The notes under the pieces were generated by a model that was not told where the DNA came from, did not search any database, and saw only the letters and a list, made by a program, of their open reading frames with translations. DNA of 63,325 nt, counting the filler, from Octopus bimaculoides (lineage: Eukaryota), in the NCBI RefSeq assembly GCF_001194135.2. It is 3 parts of 3 records of this genome, joined end to end, with 100 filler letters (N's around TTAATTAATTAA, not from the genome) between each part and the next. Parts side by side here need not be neighbours in the genome. Positions count along the whole stretch, not along the records: positions 18,201 to 50,050 come from NC_069004.1; positions 50,151 to 63,325 come from NC_068981.1; 1 more part is not named here. The stretch is one strand, 5' to 3'. The translations under genes and the position numbers were made by a program. Shown piece by piece: positions 42,170 through 55,920 of the stretch (positions are counted from its first letter, which is position 1; each line of letters opens with the position of its first letter).

Positions 42170-42600
42170 TAGCATGAAAGGAAAAGAATATACTTTCCCA
42201 TCCCAAAATAAAAGGTAAAAAAATATGGATTCGTGACAACAGTTTTCTCAAAGTTGCTATCCTCACATTCCACCTCGGCTTCAAGATATTTAGGGAACTT
42301 GGTGTATGCGTTCCTCACCGTCTCTGGGAAAATCTTGATCATCATTTCGGCATTGGTGTTTCAGATAGTGCAGTCATTATCTTTTTAGACAGTGCACATA
42401 CGTCGTAATCCGATCCATGAAATTACAATGTGGAGTATAAGGAGAACAGACATTGCTGCTAGGAGAGTAGTAGAAATTCTCCGACAACCCTTTCTGATTT
42501 TTTCTGGAGGTATAGTAAGGAGCGAAATTTTGCTTCTACATATATAGCCTTTTATTAGCAACCTTCTCCAGTCAGTTTTTAACCACAATCTCCAGCAGCA
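42170..42600 (-). mobile_element. Tc1/mariner-superfamily transposase C-terminal remnant
   Basis: minus strand KQNFAPYYTSRKNQKGLSENF...NVCSPYTPHCNFMD and TVRNAYTKF..LEAEVECEDSNFE, decayed forms of QDxAPxHTS...WPPxSPDxNPxD and ...RLxAxxxAEGGYFE. Confidence 0.7.
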
Positions 42601-43902
42601 TCACATTGCCGGCTGAATTCAGTCTAATGCTCTGTCGAATGGTGTTGGATGAATTCTAGCGTGCGAACGTAGTCAGAATGTCGACAGCAGTCGAAAGGGT
42701 TAAAAGACTTATAAGATATGTTAAATTAATGCTGGGGTACATAAAAATTAATAAATGAAATCAAGAATAAAGTAAAATAAATAAAACAAAATAGAGTAAA
42801 AATTAAAAATAGAGTAAAAATAATTAAATTAATAAAGACTTACAAAATATAGCCTTTCACCCCTTAAAAATTCATTATTGAGCTAGACTAATAAAGATAA
42901 GGAACTATTGAACAAAAATTTTTTAATTAATAAATAATAATTTGTTAATTATCTCTCTATTTTCTTATTTTATTATAATCAATATATATATATATATATA
43001 TATAAACCACGGTTTATGTAGTTACCTTGCAGTAGAGTATCAACTGTAGTGTTCAACGTTCTTGGTATAGCTAACTAACCAGTACTTTCATAGGATTTTG
43101 CTATCCCTCAATGAGGTTTGTAACCTTTGTTTGTATGTATATATATANNNNNNNNNNNNNNNNNNNNNNNNNNNNNNNNNNNNNNNNNNNNNNNNNNNNN
43201 NNNNNNNNNNNNNNNNNNNNNNNNNNNNNNNNNNNNNNNNNNNNNNNNNNNNNNNNNNNNNNNNNNNNNNNNNNNNNNNNNNNNNNNNNNNNNNNNNNNN
43301 NNNNNNNNNNNNNNNNNNNNNNNNNNNNNNNNNNNNNNNNNNNNNNNNNNNNNNNNNNNNNNNNNNNNNNNNNNNNNNNNNNNNNNNNNNNNNNNNNNNN
43401 NNNNNNNNNNNNNNNNNNNNNNNNNNNNNNNNNNNNNNNNNNNNNNNNNNNNNNNNNNNNNNNNNNNNNNNNNNNNNNNNNNNNNNNNNNNNNNNNNNNN
43501 NNNNNNNNNNNNNNNNNNNNNNNNNNNNNNNNNNNNNNNNNNNNNNNNNNNNNNNNNNNNNNNNNNNNNNNNNNNNNNNNNNNNNNNNNNNNNNNNNNNN
43601 NNNNNNNNNNNNNNNNNNNNNNNNNNNNNNNNNNNNNNNNNNNNNTAGACATATAAATATACATTTATTTACCTATTATTTGTATTGTTCCACAGAATTG
43701 CTAGCGCGTCGGAAAGAAGGGTTCGACGGCATATCTTTCGGCGCTTGATATTCTGGAATCAAAACACGCCGAGTTCAAGTTTTCCCTTTTCTCATTTCAG
43801 GGTTGATAAAATGAAGTGCCACTAAGATACTGGGCTCAACGAAATTCTCATGGCTGGCCTGGTGTCAAGAGACGAAAGAATTGATGTAATTTCGAACTAA
43901 GA

Positions 43903-44110
43903 GTAGGAAGCTGGCAAAATCGTTAACCCGCCGTGCAAAATGCTTAGCATCATTTCCTCAGTCTTCGCGATCTGAGTTCAAATTCCACCCGGATCGACTT
44001 TAGCCATGCATACTTTCAGGGTCGATAAAGTAACACTAATCGAGCACTGAGTTCGAGCTAATCTCATTAACCATTCTCCGAAAGTGCTCACCTGATGCCA
44101 AAATTTGGCA
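43903..44110 (+). mobile_element. SINE family C (diverged), with a second partial copy upstream at about 43760-43850
   Basis: gctggcaaaatcgttaacccgccgtgcaaaatgcttagc...ctgagttcaaattcc...tcgacttt...gggtcgataaa; homologous to 62423-62622. Confidence 0.75.
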
Positions 44111-44857
44111 TCTATATTATTTTAACTACTATTATTACAACTTTGATATATCTCACCATATGCAAATATCGATATTTAGATACACGCACGCACACACACA
44201 CATACACACGCACGCACATACACACACACATATATACACAAATACATGCATACGTGTGTGAGTGTGTGTGTGCAGAATGGTGCATCAAATTATATGCTGA
44301 CAATCTAAAAACGTAATATCAATAAAAGAATAATAGAATTGAAATAAAAACAGGTTTTTCAGATTACAAATCTGTATGTACTTGTATGTTTGCGAGAGTA
44401 TACAAATATATGACTAATAAATAACTAGGTGTCTATATGCGTATTTATGCCAGTGTAAATCTTTCTATCACTCCCTCTATCTCCATTATACATATAAGTA
44501 CATGTATATATGTATATATGTATATGTGTGTGTGTACGTATGTCTGCATATAGGTATATATGTTCATGTGCGCATGTGTGTATGTACACATGCCAACTCC
44601 TACACGGGCACTTACATACATACACACATACACACAGACTTATATATACACTTATATATATATATATACGCGCGCACACACATATGTATATATGTATATA
44701 CATACATATTCATTTTCCAAGTTAATAGGAGAGGATGTCAGTTTAATATGAATGTGTCACATACGTTCAATTATTTATTAATCCACATATATAATGTTTT
44801 ATACGTAATAAAAATCTCATGAATATTTATGTTGCGAAAAACATTGTGTTTTTTCTC

Positions 44858-44905
<48 letters not shown>

Positions 44906-45892
44906 NNNNNNNNNNNNNNNNNNNNNNNNNNNNNNNNNNNNNNNNNNNNNNNNNNNNNNNNNNNNNNNNNNNNNNNNNNNNNNNNNNNNNNNNNNNNNNN
45001 NNNNNNNNNNNNNNNNNNNNNNNNNNNNNNNNNNNNNNNNNNNNNNNNNNNNNNNNNNNNNNNNNNNNNNNNNNNNNNNNNNNNNNNNNNNNNNNNNNNN
45101 NNNNNNNNNNNNNNNNNNNNNNNNNNNNNNNNNNNNNNNNNNNNNNNNNNNNNNNNNNNNNNNNNNNNNNNNNNNNNNNNNNNNNNNNNNNNNNNNNNNN
45201 NNNNNNNNNNNNNNNNNNNNNNNNNNNNNNNNNNNNNNNNNNNNNNNNNNNNNNNNNNNNNNNNNNNNNNNNNNNNNNNNNNNNNNNNNNNNNNNNNNNN
45301 NNNNNNNNNNNNNNNNNNNNNNNNNNNNNNNNNNNNNNNNNNNNNNNNNNNNNNNNNNNNNNNNNNNNNNNNNNNNNNNNNNNNNNNNNNNNNNNNNNNN
45401 NNNNNNNNNNNNNNNNNNNNNNNNNNNNNNNNNNNNNNNNNNNNNNNNNNNNNNNNNNNNNNNNNNNNNNNNNNNNNNNNNNNNNNNNNNNNNNNNNNNN
45501 NNNNNNNNNNNNNNNNNNNNNNNNNNNNNNNNNNNNNNNNNNNNNNNNNNNNNNNNNNNNNNNNNNNNNNNNNNNNNNNNNNNNNNNNNNNNNNNNNNNN
45601 NNNNNNNNNNNNNNNNNNNNNNNNNNNNNNNNNNNNNNNNNNNNNNNNNNNNNNNNNNNNNNNNNNNNNNNNNNNNNNNNNNNNNNNNNNNNNNNNNNNN
45701 NNNNNNNNNNNNNNNNNNNNNNNNNNNNNNNNNNNNNNNNNNNNNNNNNNNNNNNNNNNNNNNNNNNNNNNNNNNNNNNNNNNNNNNNNNNNNNNNNNNN
45801 NNNNNNNNNNNNNNNNNNNNNNNNNNNNTATATATATATATATAAATACATACATATATATATATACATACAAGAATATATATGTATACTTT

Positions 45893-45975
45893 TAAGTTAG
45901 AATCCGGTTCTTTTTCTATTGACAAGAAATCTTGAAATAAACCGAAATATGACATACACACATACATACACACAC
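45893..45975 (+). mobile_element. 3' terminal remnant of an R4/Dong-like element plus (ACAT)n tail
   Basis: ttagaatccggttctttttctattgacaagaaatcttgaaataaaccgaaatatgacatacacacatacatac. Confidence 0.7.
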
Positions 45976-46039
45976 ACATACATGCATGTATGCATCCAAC
46001 CGTCCATCCATCCATCCATCCATATATACATACATACAT

Positions 46040-46635
46040 GTTGTAGCTAGGACACTGTATAATGAGATCCGTCGGAAGGACAACCCCAACGTCAAGGAAA
46101 TAATAACGTACGGTATGGTTTCAAGCCATAGACATTCATAATAACAACGAGTACAGAATGTCCCAGTGAAAACTTCAATAAAATGTAAACATAATAGACC
46201 AGACATAGTAATTTGAAATAGTGAAGAGAAACTGTGTAGTTATGGAAGAGAAAATACCGACGCTAGACTATTGAGGAATCTACAGCTACTCTATGCAGGT
46301 GACAATTTCAGGTGTATATCTGTATTTATTGGGATATGTAACACACAGCATAAATAGGAATCGTGAGAAATTCCGCTTCTCAAAACCAGAAAGGAGAAAG
46401 TTAATTCGAAGACTACAGATCCAATCCATCGCTGGAACTATAAAGATCTGTAAAATTTCCATAAATTTATCATTCAAATATATATGAACATGTCTAGACA
46501 TGCAACTATAGGCATGAGAATACATAAAACAAAACATTTAAATCTGATTCCAATAAAGGAACCTTAGATTTGGGCTAGAAACTGGCTCTTTCTCTATTGG
46601 CAGGAAATCTTGAAATTAAACTGCATAACGATATA
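46040..46635 (+). mobile_element. 5'-truncated R4/Dong-clade element: restriction-like endonuclease region plus 3' UTR
   Basis: VVARTLYNEIRRKD, VPVKTSIKCKHNRPDIVI, LLRNLQLLY, LGYVTH...RKLIRRLQIQSIAGTIKICK; homologous to 55270-55740. Confidence 0.85.
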
Positions 46636-46950
46636 AATATATACGGTATATGGACGGAAAACTCAATAATGCTATGAATATCGACAAATATGTCGATATT
46701 CAAACCACAAACACATAAAACCGTATGTTAAAAGAAAAAAAATGCATCCACATATTGATGTGTTCTTGTTTCTTTGTGTGTGTAGTGTATATGCATGTAT
46801 GTGTGTATGCGTGTGTGCGTACGTGTGTGTCAGTGTGTGTGCGCACTTTTACCGGTTCCAGGAATTGGGTTGTGGCTTATACTGGGTCACCGTAATTTAT
46901 TGACATACACACAAACACACATATGTATATATATCTTCGTGTGTTTGAAT

Positions 46951-46987
<37 letters not shown>

Positions 46988-47477
46988 GTGTGTATAAATA
47001 TATATGTGTCTATGCACATATGTGTGTGTGTATTTATNNNNNNNNNNNNNNNNNNNNNNNNNNNNNNNNNNNNNNNNNNNNNNNNNNNNNNNNNNNNNNN
47101 NNNNNNNNNNNNNNNNNNNNNNNNNNNNNNNNNNNNNNNNNNNNNNNNNNNNNNNNNNNNNNNNNNNNNNNNNNNNNNNNNNNNNNNNNNNNNNNNNNNN
47201 NNNNNNNNNNNNNNNNNNNNNNNNNNNNNNNNNNNNTTCCGATCTTGTGTGTGTGTTTACATATGTGTAGATGCATATGTGTGTGTGTGTGTATAATGTA
47301 TATCATATATCTATGGCTATATATTTCTATATCTTTATGCGTATGTTTAAGCGTGTGTGCAGTGCAATATTTGGAAAACGATCTGATAAATATCTATATA
47401 GGTCTTTACTTCACTATCTAAATATTTATCAAACTGTCAAAGTTGTTCCAATATAAACTTATGGATATTTAGCCTTC

Positions 47478-47517
<40 letters not shown>

Positions 47518-47731
47518 CACACACACACACACACATACATACACACACACATACACACATAGATACATACGCAGACACAGACACACAAACACAAACAGAC
47601 ATATATATGTTTGTGTGCGCGCGCATATGAATGTATATATGCGCGTATATCAAACAGACAAAATGTATATTATTCTTTAATATCTTAATGTTTCTTCCTT
47701 CATCTTCATCTTCTTTGTATTATTACTATTA

Positions 47732-47784
<53 letters not shown>

Positions 47785-47824
47785 ATCGTTATCATTATCA
47801 TTATTATTATTGTTTATTATTATA

Positions 47825-47866
<42 letters not shown>

Positions 47867-48617
47867 TTCTCGCTTTTCTTTCTCTGACCGCTGCTCCCTC
47901 TTGAGTATTATATCATTTTTTTTTCTTTTTTATCAGAGCTTTGTAAACTTCCTGCTTGACCTCTCTGTCAATTTTTTTTTTCTGGGTAAACGGGTGCTCT
48001 GCCGTATATCCTTCAATAACCATCTAAGAAAGCACTTAACCAAACCAGACTGACAGAAAGATAAAAATATAAAAAGAAAAGAGAATAGCGTGAGAGAATA
48101 TAAAGAAGTCGGGGATAGAGAGAGAGAGAGAGAGAGAGTGAGAGAATAAGAGAAATAGATACAGTGAGAAGTGAAAATAGAGAACGAGGAGAAAGAGAAT
48201 GTAGAAAATATAAAAAGAAACGGAAGGCAAGAAACGTCTGACGACCCACGGTGGTTATCTTTTATATATCGATACCAGAATAAAACACAATGCAACGGTA
48301 TTGGGGGAATTAGAACTCGGTACACAAAACTCCGGCACAAACACCACAAGACATTCAATCCGATCTTCTAACGACCCTGCCAATTCGCCTCCCAATCTTT
48401 CGTTTTTCTTCATTAAATTGTTCTTTTCATCATAAACGCATCAATGCTGTGTATGTGTGTGTTTACGTGGATCGCTTGGTCCTATAAAAATAGCAGCCAA
48501 ATAAGCTTTAAGCAGAACATAATGTTATATCAAATTAGAAGGACACATGTTGAATAGTTTAAAAGTGGATTGATTATACGAAATATGGACTGGAGTGGTC
48601 ACTTTCTTTTTTCTGCT

Positions 48618-48735
48618 TTCGCTTGTTTCAGTCAGTAGAGTGCGGCCATACTGGGGCACCGCCTTGAAGAATATTTTATTGATTTTAGCCGAACCACTAA
48701 GTTAGAACGACATAAACACCAACACTGGTTGTCTG
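48618..48735 (-). mobile_element. 3' half of SINE family A with internal deletion
   Basis: ttgtttcagtcagtagagtgcggccatactggggcaccgcc...gccgaaccactaagtta...aaacaccaacactggttgtc. Confidence 0.65.
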
Positions 48736-50094
48736 GTGTTACATATATATATATATGTCATGTTACATATGTATATATATATGTGGTATTATTATAAACA
48801 GGGCAAATTTTTCAGCAGGCCGACATATTCTATGTCCTTGTTTGTCATCTACTTTGTCTCTTTTTACTCCCACTCTCTCTCTCACTCTCCTTCACTCCTA
48901 CTTTCTTTCTCTCTCTCCGTATGTGTTTTCGTCTGCCTCACTTTCTGTCTAGGTCACACCTCCCTCCATATTGTCAATACATCCCTTAGTGTCTACCAGT
49001 CTCAAGAGTTATCTCCTCCTCCCTCTTGTCTTTCTTATTGTTCTGGAGATGTTTATCTCTTCCGCCATGATATAATCTCGTTGATACTTGGATATTAATA
49101 TTTTGATTGTCACATTTACAACCCAGCCACAGATATGTGTACGTACGTATAGTGATATACGATTACATATATATNNNNNNNNNNNNNNNNNNNNNNNNNN
49201 NNNNNNNNNNNNNNNNNNNNNNNNNNNNNNNNNNNNNNNNNNNNNNNNNNNNNNNNNNNNNNNNNNNNNNNNNNNNNNNNNNNNNNNNNNNNNNNNNNNN
49301 NNNNNNNNNNNNNNNNNNNNNNNNNNNNNNNNNNNNNNNNNNNNNNATATATATATATATATAATATATATGTATGTGTGTATGTATATTTGTATGTATA
49401 CACACTCAAACATACATACGTACATAATTCATATATATACATATATATGTATATGCAAACACATTTATGAATATATGTTCTTACATATGTACATATAAAC
49501 CAGTAGGGAAATCGAAAACGAGCCAAATTCACAAACATCTACTGAAAACACCTAATGCCTAAAGGGATTACTGCACTTTCCAATGTCTACAACGACTTCT
49601 ACTGATATTGGCAACATCTCACTATCTAGAAGCTGGTTAAAATCTTTAAAACTTCTTCTGTACAACATAATTGTAAGAGAGGTAGCATCTTACAAACCTA
49701 GAAACTTGATACGCCCAAACTCAGAAAATATACTAGAATGTTAACATTGGCATTATAAATTCACACTTTTCCCACTCAGACGCATACAAGGACGTTAGTC
49801 CGCTATATTCAACTATAGTCGAAACCATTGTGATATCTGTTCGGGCAGCTGAAGATGGGAACGTACATATATTTGAATAAGAATTATTCAGATTGTAGTT
49901 TCGTTATTCTGCATTGTCCTTCATTACTGTAAATATATATAGTAAGAGAGAGACCAAAGTGTACGTACGCCGGTATATGTGTATGTATTCTTTTTTGTAT
50001 TCTTTTTTATATATATATATGTGTGTATGTATATATATATATATATATATNNNNNNNNNNNNNNNNNNNNNNNNNNNNNNNNNNNNNNNNNNNN

Positions 50095-50106
50095 TTAATT
50101 AATTAA
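50095..50106. other. artificial scaffold-join spacer TTAATTAATTAA inside a 100-N gap
   Basis: same construct as 18145-18156; gap 50051-50150. Confidence 0.9.
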
Positions 50107-50934
50107 NNNNNNNNNNNNNNNNNNNNNNNNNNNNNNNNNNNNNNNNNNNNAAATTCCCCCCCCCCCATCGGAACCATGTGGTAGGTACATCAAGGATTGC
50201 ATCTCCCCAACTTACACCTCCCCCCACTTAACTTACCATCCTCATCAACTTCTTCGACTCCTTTTATTTATCCTTTGAGTTTACTTCCACTATTTCCTCC
50301 TCCTCCTCCTCCTCCTCCTCTAGCGTCTTTTTAACCATTGACTAACTAAAACTCTTTCTAGGGACGTTTTCAATTAAGCCAACAGACTCCCACTCTTACC
50401 TCAATTTCACCTGTTGCAACTCCAACTACTCTAAATTTTGCCTCACCGTTTTCCTTTCACAATTTTTACGCCTTCGCCTTCGCCTTCTCCCACCACCTTC
50501 ACCACCTTCGCCGCCTTTGCAGCTATGATAACATGCATCGAGATTATTGAAAGAAAATATTGCGTAATATCATACTCGAAAAGTGCAAATCATAATTCAA
50601 CGCCAGTAAGTGTAAAGTTTGTTAAGCATTAAAAAAATAGATTATCATGAAAAATTCTTTCCAGCCAGGGCTCTTCCCGAACTCTGAAAGCTAAATTTTC
50701 TTCTCTTGTTTTCATAACCGGGAATAGATTTTAGTCAAAGGTCAGAAACATCCAAACAAATAACGCTGTTTTTTCCTCCTATTTGAAGTAGCCTTACCAT
50801 AAAATGTTGTTTTCCTGAAAACCCAGCGCTTGTACACATCGACACATACACTCGAACATGTTTCTAAAAAACTTCCCAACCTCTTTTGCTTCCTCTCTTT
50901 CTGGCTCTCTTTCTACCTTGAGAAGAAGATACAT

Positions 50935-51900
50935 GAGCGGCAGGTACATTGATGACATCTTTATCATTACGTCCTCCAGGGATGAGGCCATTAACATACA
51001 CCGGACCTTCAATAACACCAACATAAACATCAAATTCGAAATTGAACATCCAGATGAATCCGGAACCCTCTCTCTACTCGACTTTCAACTCAGGGTCATA
51101 GAAGAAGGCTCCATATTTACCAACTTCTACAGAAAAGCCGCTGGTAGAAAACTTTTCGCCCACTACTAGTCAGCCTTACCCGTCAGCCTTACCCACATAG
51201 GTGAGAAACGAGACTGCACGTATAAACAACAATTGCTGCGATGTGACAGACAAAGCTGTCAACACCAAGCAGTTCCTCAGAGACCTAATCCTGAATGGCT
51301 ACACACAATCTTTAGCTAAAAAACGGTGCCTGAAGAACATCAGGATCAACAAACCCCGGAAGAATCATCATACTCCAAATTCCGGCACATGTTTCCTAAA
51401 GCTACCACATTTTGACGACAGAACTACTGCAGCGATACAACACGCAGTCCGCAGGGAAGGACTCGACATACAGATAGTGCACACCAGCTCTTCCCTGAGA
51501 AAAGCACTGTCCAAAAACAACACCGCTCACTACTCCGAGGAGTGCACATTATCAAACTGCCCCATCAATTGACTATAAATTGTACCAGAGGACCTATGTT
51601 GTATACGAGATCATCTGTGGCAAATGTGGCCCATCCTACATAGGAAGCACAACAAGAAAACTCCATATACGCATTAAGGGACACATGCAGGCAGACACTT
51701 CTGTGAAGAAACATCTACGGAAATGCCAGACCCGGGAATTCACAGTGCTCATCAAGGCAACACAGCGGAACAGGGGCAACCTTAGAATCCTTGAAGCCAT
51801 CCTCATACACCAAAAGAAACCTAAGATGAACAACAGAAGAGAGTTACAGGAAGTTAGCTGGTTGCTATAGCAACACCTTTCTGTGCATGTCCACTCCACA
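50935..51900 (+). mobile_element. 5'-truncated Penelope-like element: RT C-terminal part, linker and GIY-YIG endonuclease; pseudogenised
   Basis: RYIDDIF, LSLLDF, FYRK, LNGY, LKLPHF, Cys-rich linker CTLSNCPI, VVYEIICGKCGPSYIGST...RIKGH...LEAILIHQKKPKMN; stop at 51167-51169 and a 13-bp tandem duplication gtcagccttaccc (51169-51194) causing a frameshift. Confidence 0.92.
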
Positions 51901-52305
51901 CACGCTCACATACGCGCAAATCGGCAACATTCGTTAATTTCTTGAAAATAGAATCATAATTGCGAAATACTGAACACAATCTACATTAATTCGTATATTT
52001 GTTTTCTTTTGATTTGCCTTGCATTTGCTTCATATTGTTCTTTCCTTATCCACGATACTTTATACAATGTATTCTACACAAAGCTTCATAGTATATATAT
52101 ATGTATATATNNNNNNNNNNNNNNNNNNNNNNNNNNNNNNNNNNNNNNNNNNNNNNNNNNNNNNNNNNNNNNNNNNNNNNNNNNNNNNNNNNNNNNNNNN
52201 NNNNNNNNNNNNNNNNNNNNNNNNNNNNNNNNNNNNNNNNNNNNNNNNNNNNNNNNNNNNNNNNNNNNNNNNNNNNNNNNNNNNNNNNNNNNNNTATATA
52301 TATAT

Positions 52306-52347
<42 letters not shown>

Positions 52348-52914
52348 CTACATACTTAAACACACTGGCACATACACTCACACACATTCATTCTGTCTCA
52401 TCAAAGAATTTGTGAAATTGTTTAATCACAGAAATCAATCAAACAATCTGAATCGTCCTTAATAACAGCTGCCTTTAATTGTTCATTGTAAACAAACATA
52501 ATTATTATTTTAAAAGTAAAACACGATACCTATTGATGCCTTGCCAAATACTGAGATGATTTTCTTCGTGATTGCCTTATAAGGAAATTTGCCTAAATAA
52601 TTAATACATATGAAGGTGAGATTTTATTTATATTTACACGTGACGTTAGAGTATTTTATCATTATACTGAAAAATACGTGTATTAAATTGGCGGTATCGG
52701 TAGTGCGTTTGGCAGTATATAGATTGACAGTAACGGTATTGCCATGCATTAGTTAGTTGTTCGGGTTCTTTATGTTTTCATGTTCAACTCCCACCAACGT
52801 CACTTTGACTTTCTTGATTCTGTAGTCAATAAAATATACGACCAGTGAAGTACTGGGTATCAATATCATCGCATCTTTCCTTTCCAATAATTGCTGATCC
52901 TGTGCCTAGTTTTA

Positions 52915-53354
52915 GGAGTGGCTGTGTGGTAAGTAGCTTGCTTACCAACCACATAGTTCCGGGTTCAGTCCCACTGCGTGGCACCTTGGGCAAATGTCTT
53001 CTACTATAGCCTCGGGCCGACCAAAGCCTTGTGAGTGGATTTGGTAGACGGAAACTGAAAGAAGCCCGTCGTATATATGTATATATATATGTGTGTGTGT
53101 GTCTGTGTGTGTGTATTTTTGTGTGTCTGTGTGTGTGTATTTTTGTGTGTCTGTGTTTGTCCCCCCAACATCGCTTGACAACCGATGCTGGTGTATTTAC
53201 GTCCCCGTAACTTAGCAGTTCGGCAAAAGTGACAGATAGAATAAGTACTAGGTTTACAAAGAATAAGTCCTGGGGTCGATTTGCTCGACTAAAGGCGATG
53301 CTTCAGCATGACCACAGTCAAATGCCTGAAGCAAGTAAAAGAAAGTAAAAGAGA
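52915..53354 (+). mobile_element. SINE family A, near full length, with internal (TA)/(TG) microsatellite at about 53072-53158
   Basis: A box tggctgtgtgg, B box ggttcagtccc, body ggcaccttgggcaa...gaagcccgtcg, 3' part ccccccaacatcgcttgacaac...cagtcaaatgcctgaagcaagtaaaagaaagtaaaaga. Confidence 0.9.
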
Positions 53355-54208
53355 GCAAATATTATTCGAAAAATAATGATTTGTATGCATGTTTTCTTAG
53401 CTAATATTTACACAATTCTTGCGTCCTGACTTTCAATCTTGCAGACATTGTCTGTAATAGGTTACGAAAACTTTACGGGCGTAGTTCAACTGTTGTTGAC
53501 TCTGGATTCCAGAAAGTTCTTGTAATTGTGTGCATGCATTGATGTATATTAAGTCTGTTCTATAGCACAATGCGTAAAACGGAGTATTTTAAATGTTTTG
53601 CTAATTATTCAAAGACCTAGAATATCATGATACTTTAGATCGAAACTTTAAACTCTCGAGTAACACCTGTTGTGTTTTCAGCTGAAAAACTAGTATTTTC
53701 ATATATATATATATANNNNNNNNNNNNNNNNNNNNNNNNNNNNNNNNNNNNNNNNNNNNNNNNNNNNNNNNNNNNNNNNNNNNNNNNNNNNNNNNNNNNN
53801 NNNNNNNNNNNNNNNNNNNNNNNNNNNNNNNNNNNNNNNNNNNNNNNNNNNNNNNNNNNNNNNNNNNNNNNNNNNNNNNNNNNNNNNNNNNNNNNNNNNN
53901 NNNNNNNNNNNNNNNNNNNNNNNNNAAAACATACAACCGATGTTTCTCGAGCGTCTAAAGTTCCGTTTCCAAGTATGAATCCTAGATCTTTGAATAATTA
54001 ACAAAACATTGAATATACTCTGCTGTACGCATTGTCATAGTTATCCTGTTTGAAAAACAAACTTAGCATACATACATACATACATACATACATACATACA
54101 TACATACATACATACATACATACATACGTACGTACATGCATACATACATACGTACGTACATACATACATACATACATACTTACATACATACATACATACT
54201 ACATACAT

Positions 54209-55920
54209 AAAAGAACAGAATTAATGTCACCCACACATTTATCGTTGAGGACCTAAAATTATATTCTGGTAATATGATCAACAACAAGAGACAATTAGAA
54301 CTACTCACAACATTCTCACAAGATATAGGAATGGAATTTGGGCAAGATAAACTCACGTACACGATAGTCAACCGATGAAAGATTATCGACCAGAGATGGC
54401 TTGTTTATCTCTCTTATCTAGTTGAAAGCTAGAAGTACCTTGGAATCGATGAGAATGTTGCATACGTTGGTGCTGTGACTAAAGCCAGAATAACAAAAGA
54501 GTATTTCTCTAGACTCCGGAAGATACGGAATTCAGGGCTGTCTATATTTAACAAGACCATATCTCACAATACTTTTGTAGCACCAGTACTAGTGCCAACA
54601 TTTGAGATATTGAACTGAACACTCGATGAGATATGCAGCCTGGATATCAAAGCCAGAAACGTACTGACCACCGCTGGCAACTTCCACGTTAACAGCGACA
54701 CCGATAGGATTTATGTGAGATGAAGTGATGGCGGTAGATGCATAAGGTCAGTTCAAATAGCCTTTAAATGTCGCATTGTATCACTCAACTACTACCTGCT
54801 GAACAGTAAAGAAAGAAATGAGTACATTCCATGCATACTCTAAAGTGAGACAACATCTGCAGAGTTGGAGAAGAACTACTGTGCAGGTACTTTGAGAATA
54901 CAATTGTCTCATGCAACCCAAAAGGGGCTGGACTGGCCTACCTAAATAGAAGCTTGGGGAGAAGCAGGTATCATATCAACAAAAAGCAATGCATGGATGC
55001 ATATCTCGTATGCTATAGGGTAACAACAGCATTGACAGGAAGAGTAGCCTTTCCTGGACCTCTAATAGATAGATTACATCTCACCTAAAAGGATATGCCT
55101 TCGCTATCCAGGAACAGCAAACAGCTGCTATATACCTGATAAATAAGAGGGACAAAGATACCACTTATCTTGCAAAATGTAATAAAAAAAATGTCAGCTC
55201 TGCTATACTAGTGCCACAAAATGTCTGTAGGGTACTACCTGCCCCTGAGGCATGATATATTGCAAAGATCATTTACAATGCTATCCGCAGGAAGGACTGC
55301 GCTGACGTATACATCAAAGGCTTGTCAGAACCGGCAGGTATTCACACCTTTAAAAACAAAGAATACTGTAGAACACCTAAATAAAAACATCAATTCGGTG
55401 CAAACATAACGGACCTGATATAGTTCTATGGGACTGGGAACAAAAGTCATGCACTGTTGTAGAGGGCAGGTGCTCAGCAGATGTGAATATGCATAAGTCC
55501 TGGGAAAAGAGAACATTGATGGCGAATTAATGCGGAACTTACAGCTTTGGTACCCTGACTATGAATTCCCATTTGTACCTATCGTCATAGGTACATTAAG
55601 TACCAACAAATTTACACAAACACTTAGAAATACTCGGTATGACAGAGAAGAGCGAAAGAAACTGACACGAAATTCTCCAAATCCAACCTATTAATGGCTC
55701 TTTGAGGATTTGTAAGACATTCCAAAACTTTTCCATGCCAGATTATGTGAATATATACACACACTTGGGTGTATGCATCGACAGTTCAACCAACTAACGA
55801 ACTCAACCACATATTTACAAACACCTGGAACTCTCTTAACCTAAAAGGTCTAGTCACTTTGTTAGCGACGGCTTGAACTCTCTCAAGAACTTAAATAAAA
55901 CTCAAAGCTCATACATATAT
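54209..55920 (+). mobile_element. 5'-truncated R4/Dong-clade RLE retrotransposon, degenerate, from the RT catalytic motif to the 3' end
   Basis: FIVEDLKLYS, DIGMEFGQDK, KYLGIDE, NFHVNSDTDRIYV, GYAFAIQEQ, YYLPLRHD, CKHNGPDIVLWD, LMRNLQLWYPDYEFPFVPIVIG; starts immediately after (TACA)n at 54066-54208 and ends in catacatat. Confidence 0.9.

Noticed and set aside
50858-50935. Apparent N-terminus of the Penelope ORF
   Set aside because: Pyrimidine-rich flank read in frame by chance; homology begins near RYIDD
52915-52985. tRNA-like A and B boxes (also 4700-4777, 62423-62510)
   Set aside because: No complete cloverleaf, and they continue into SINE bodies; these are SINE heads, not tRNA genes
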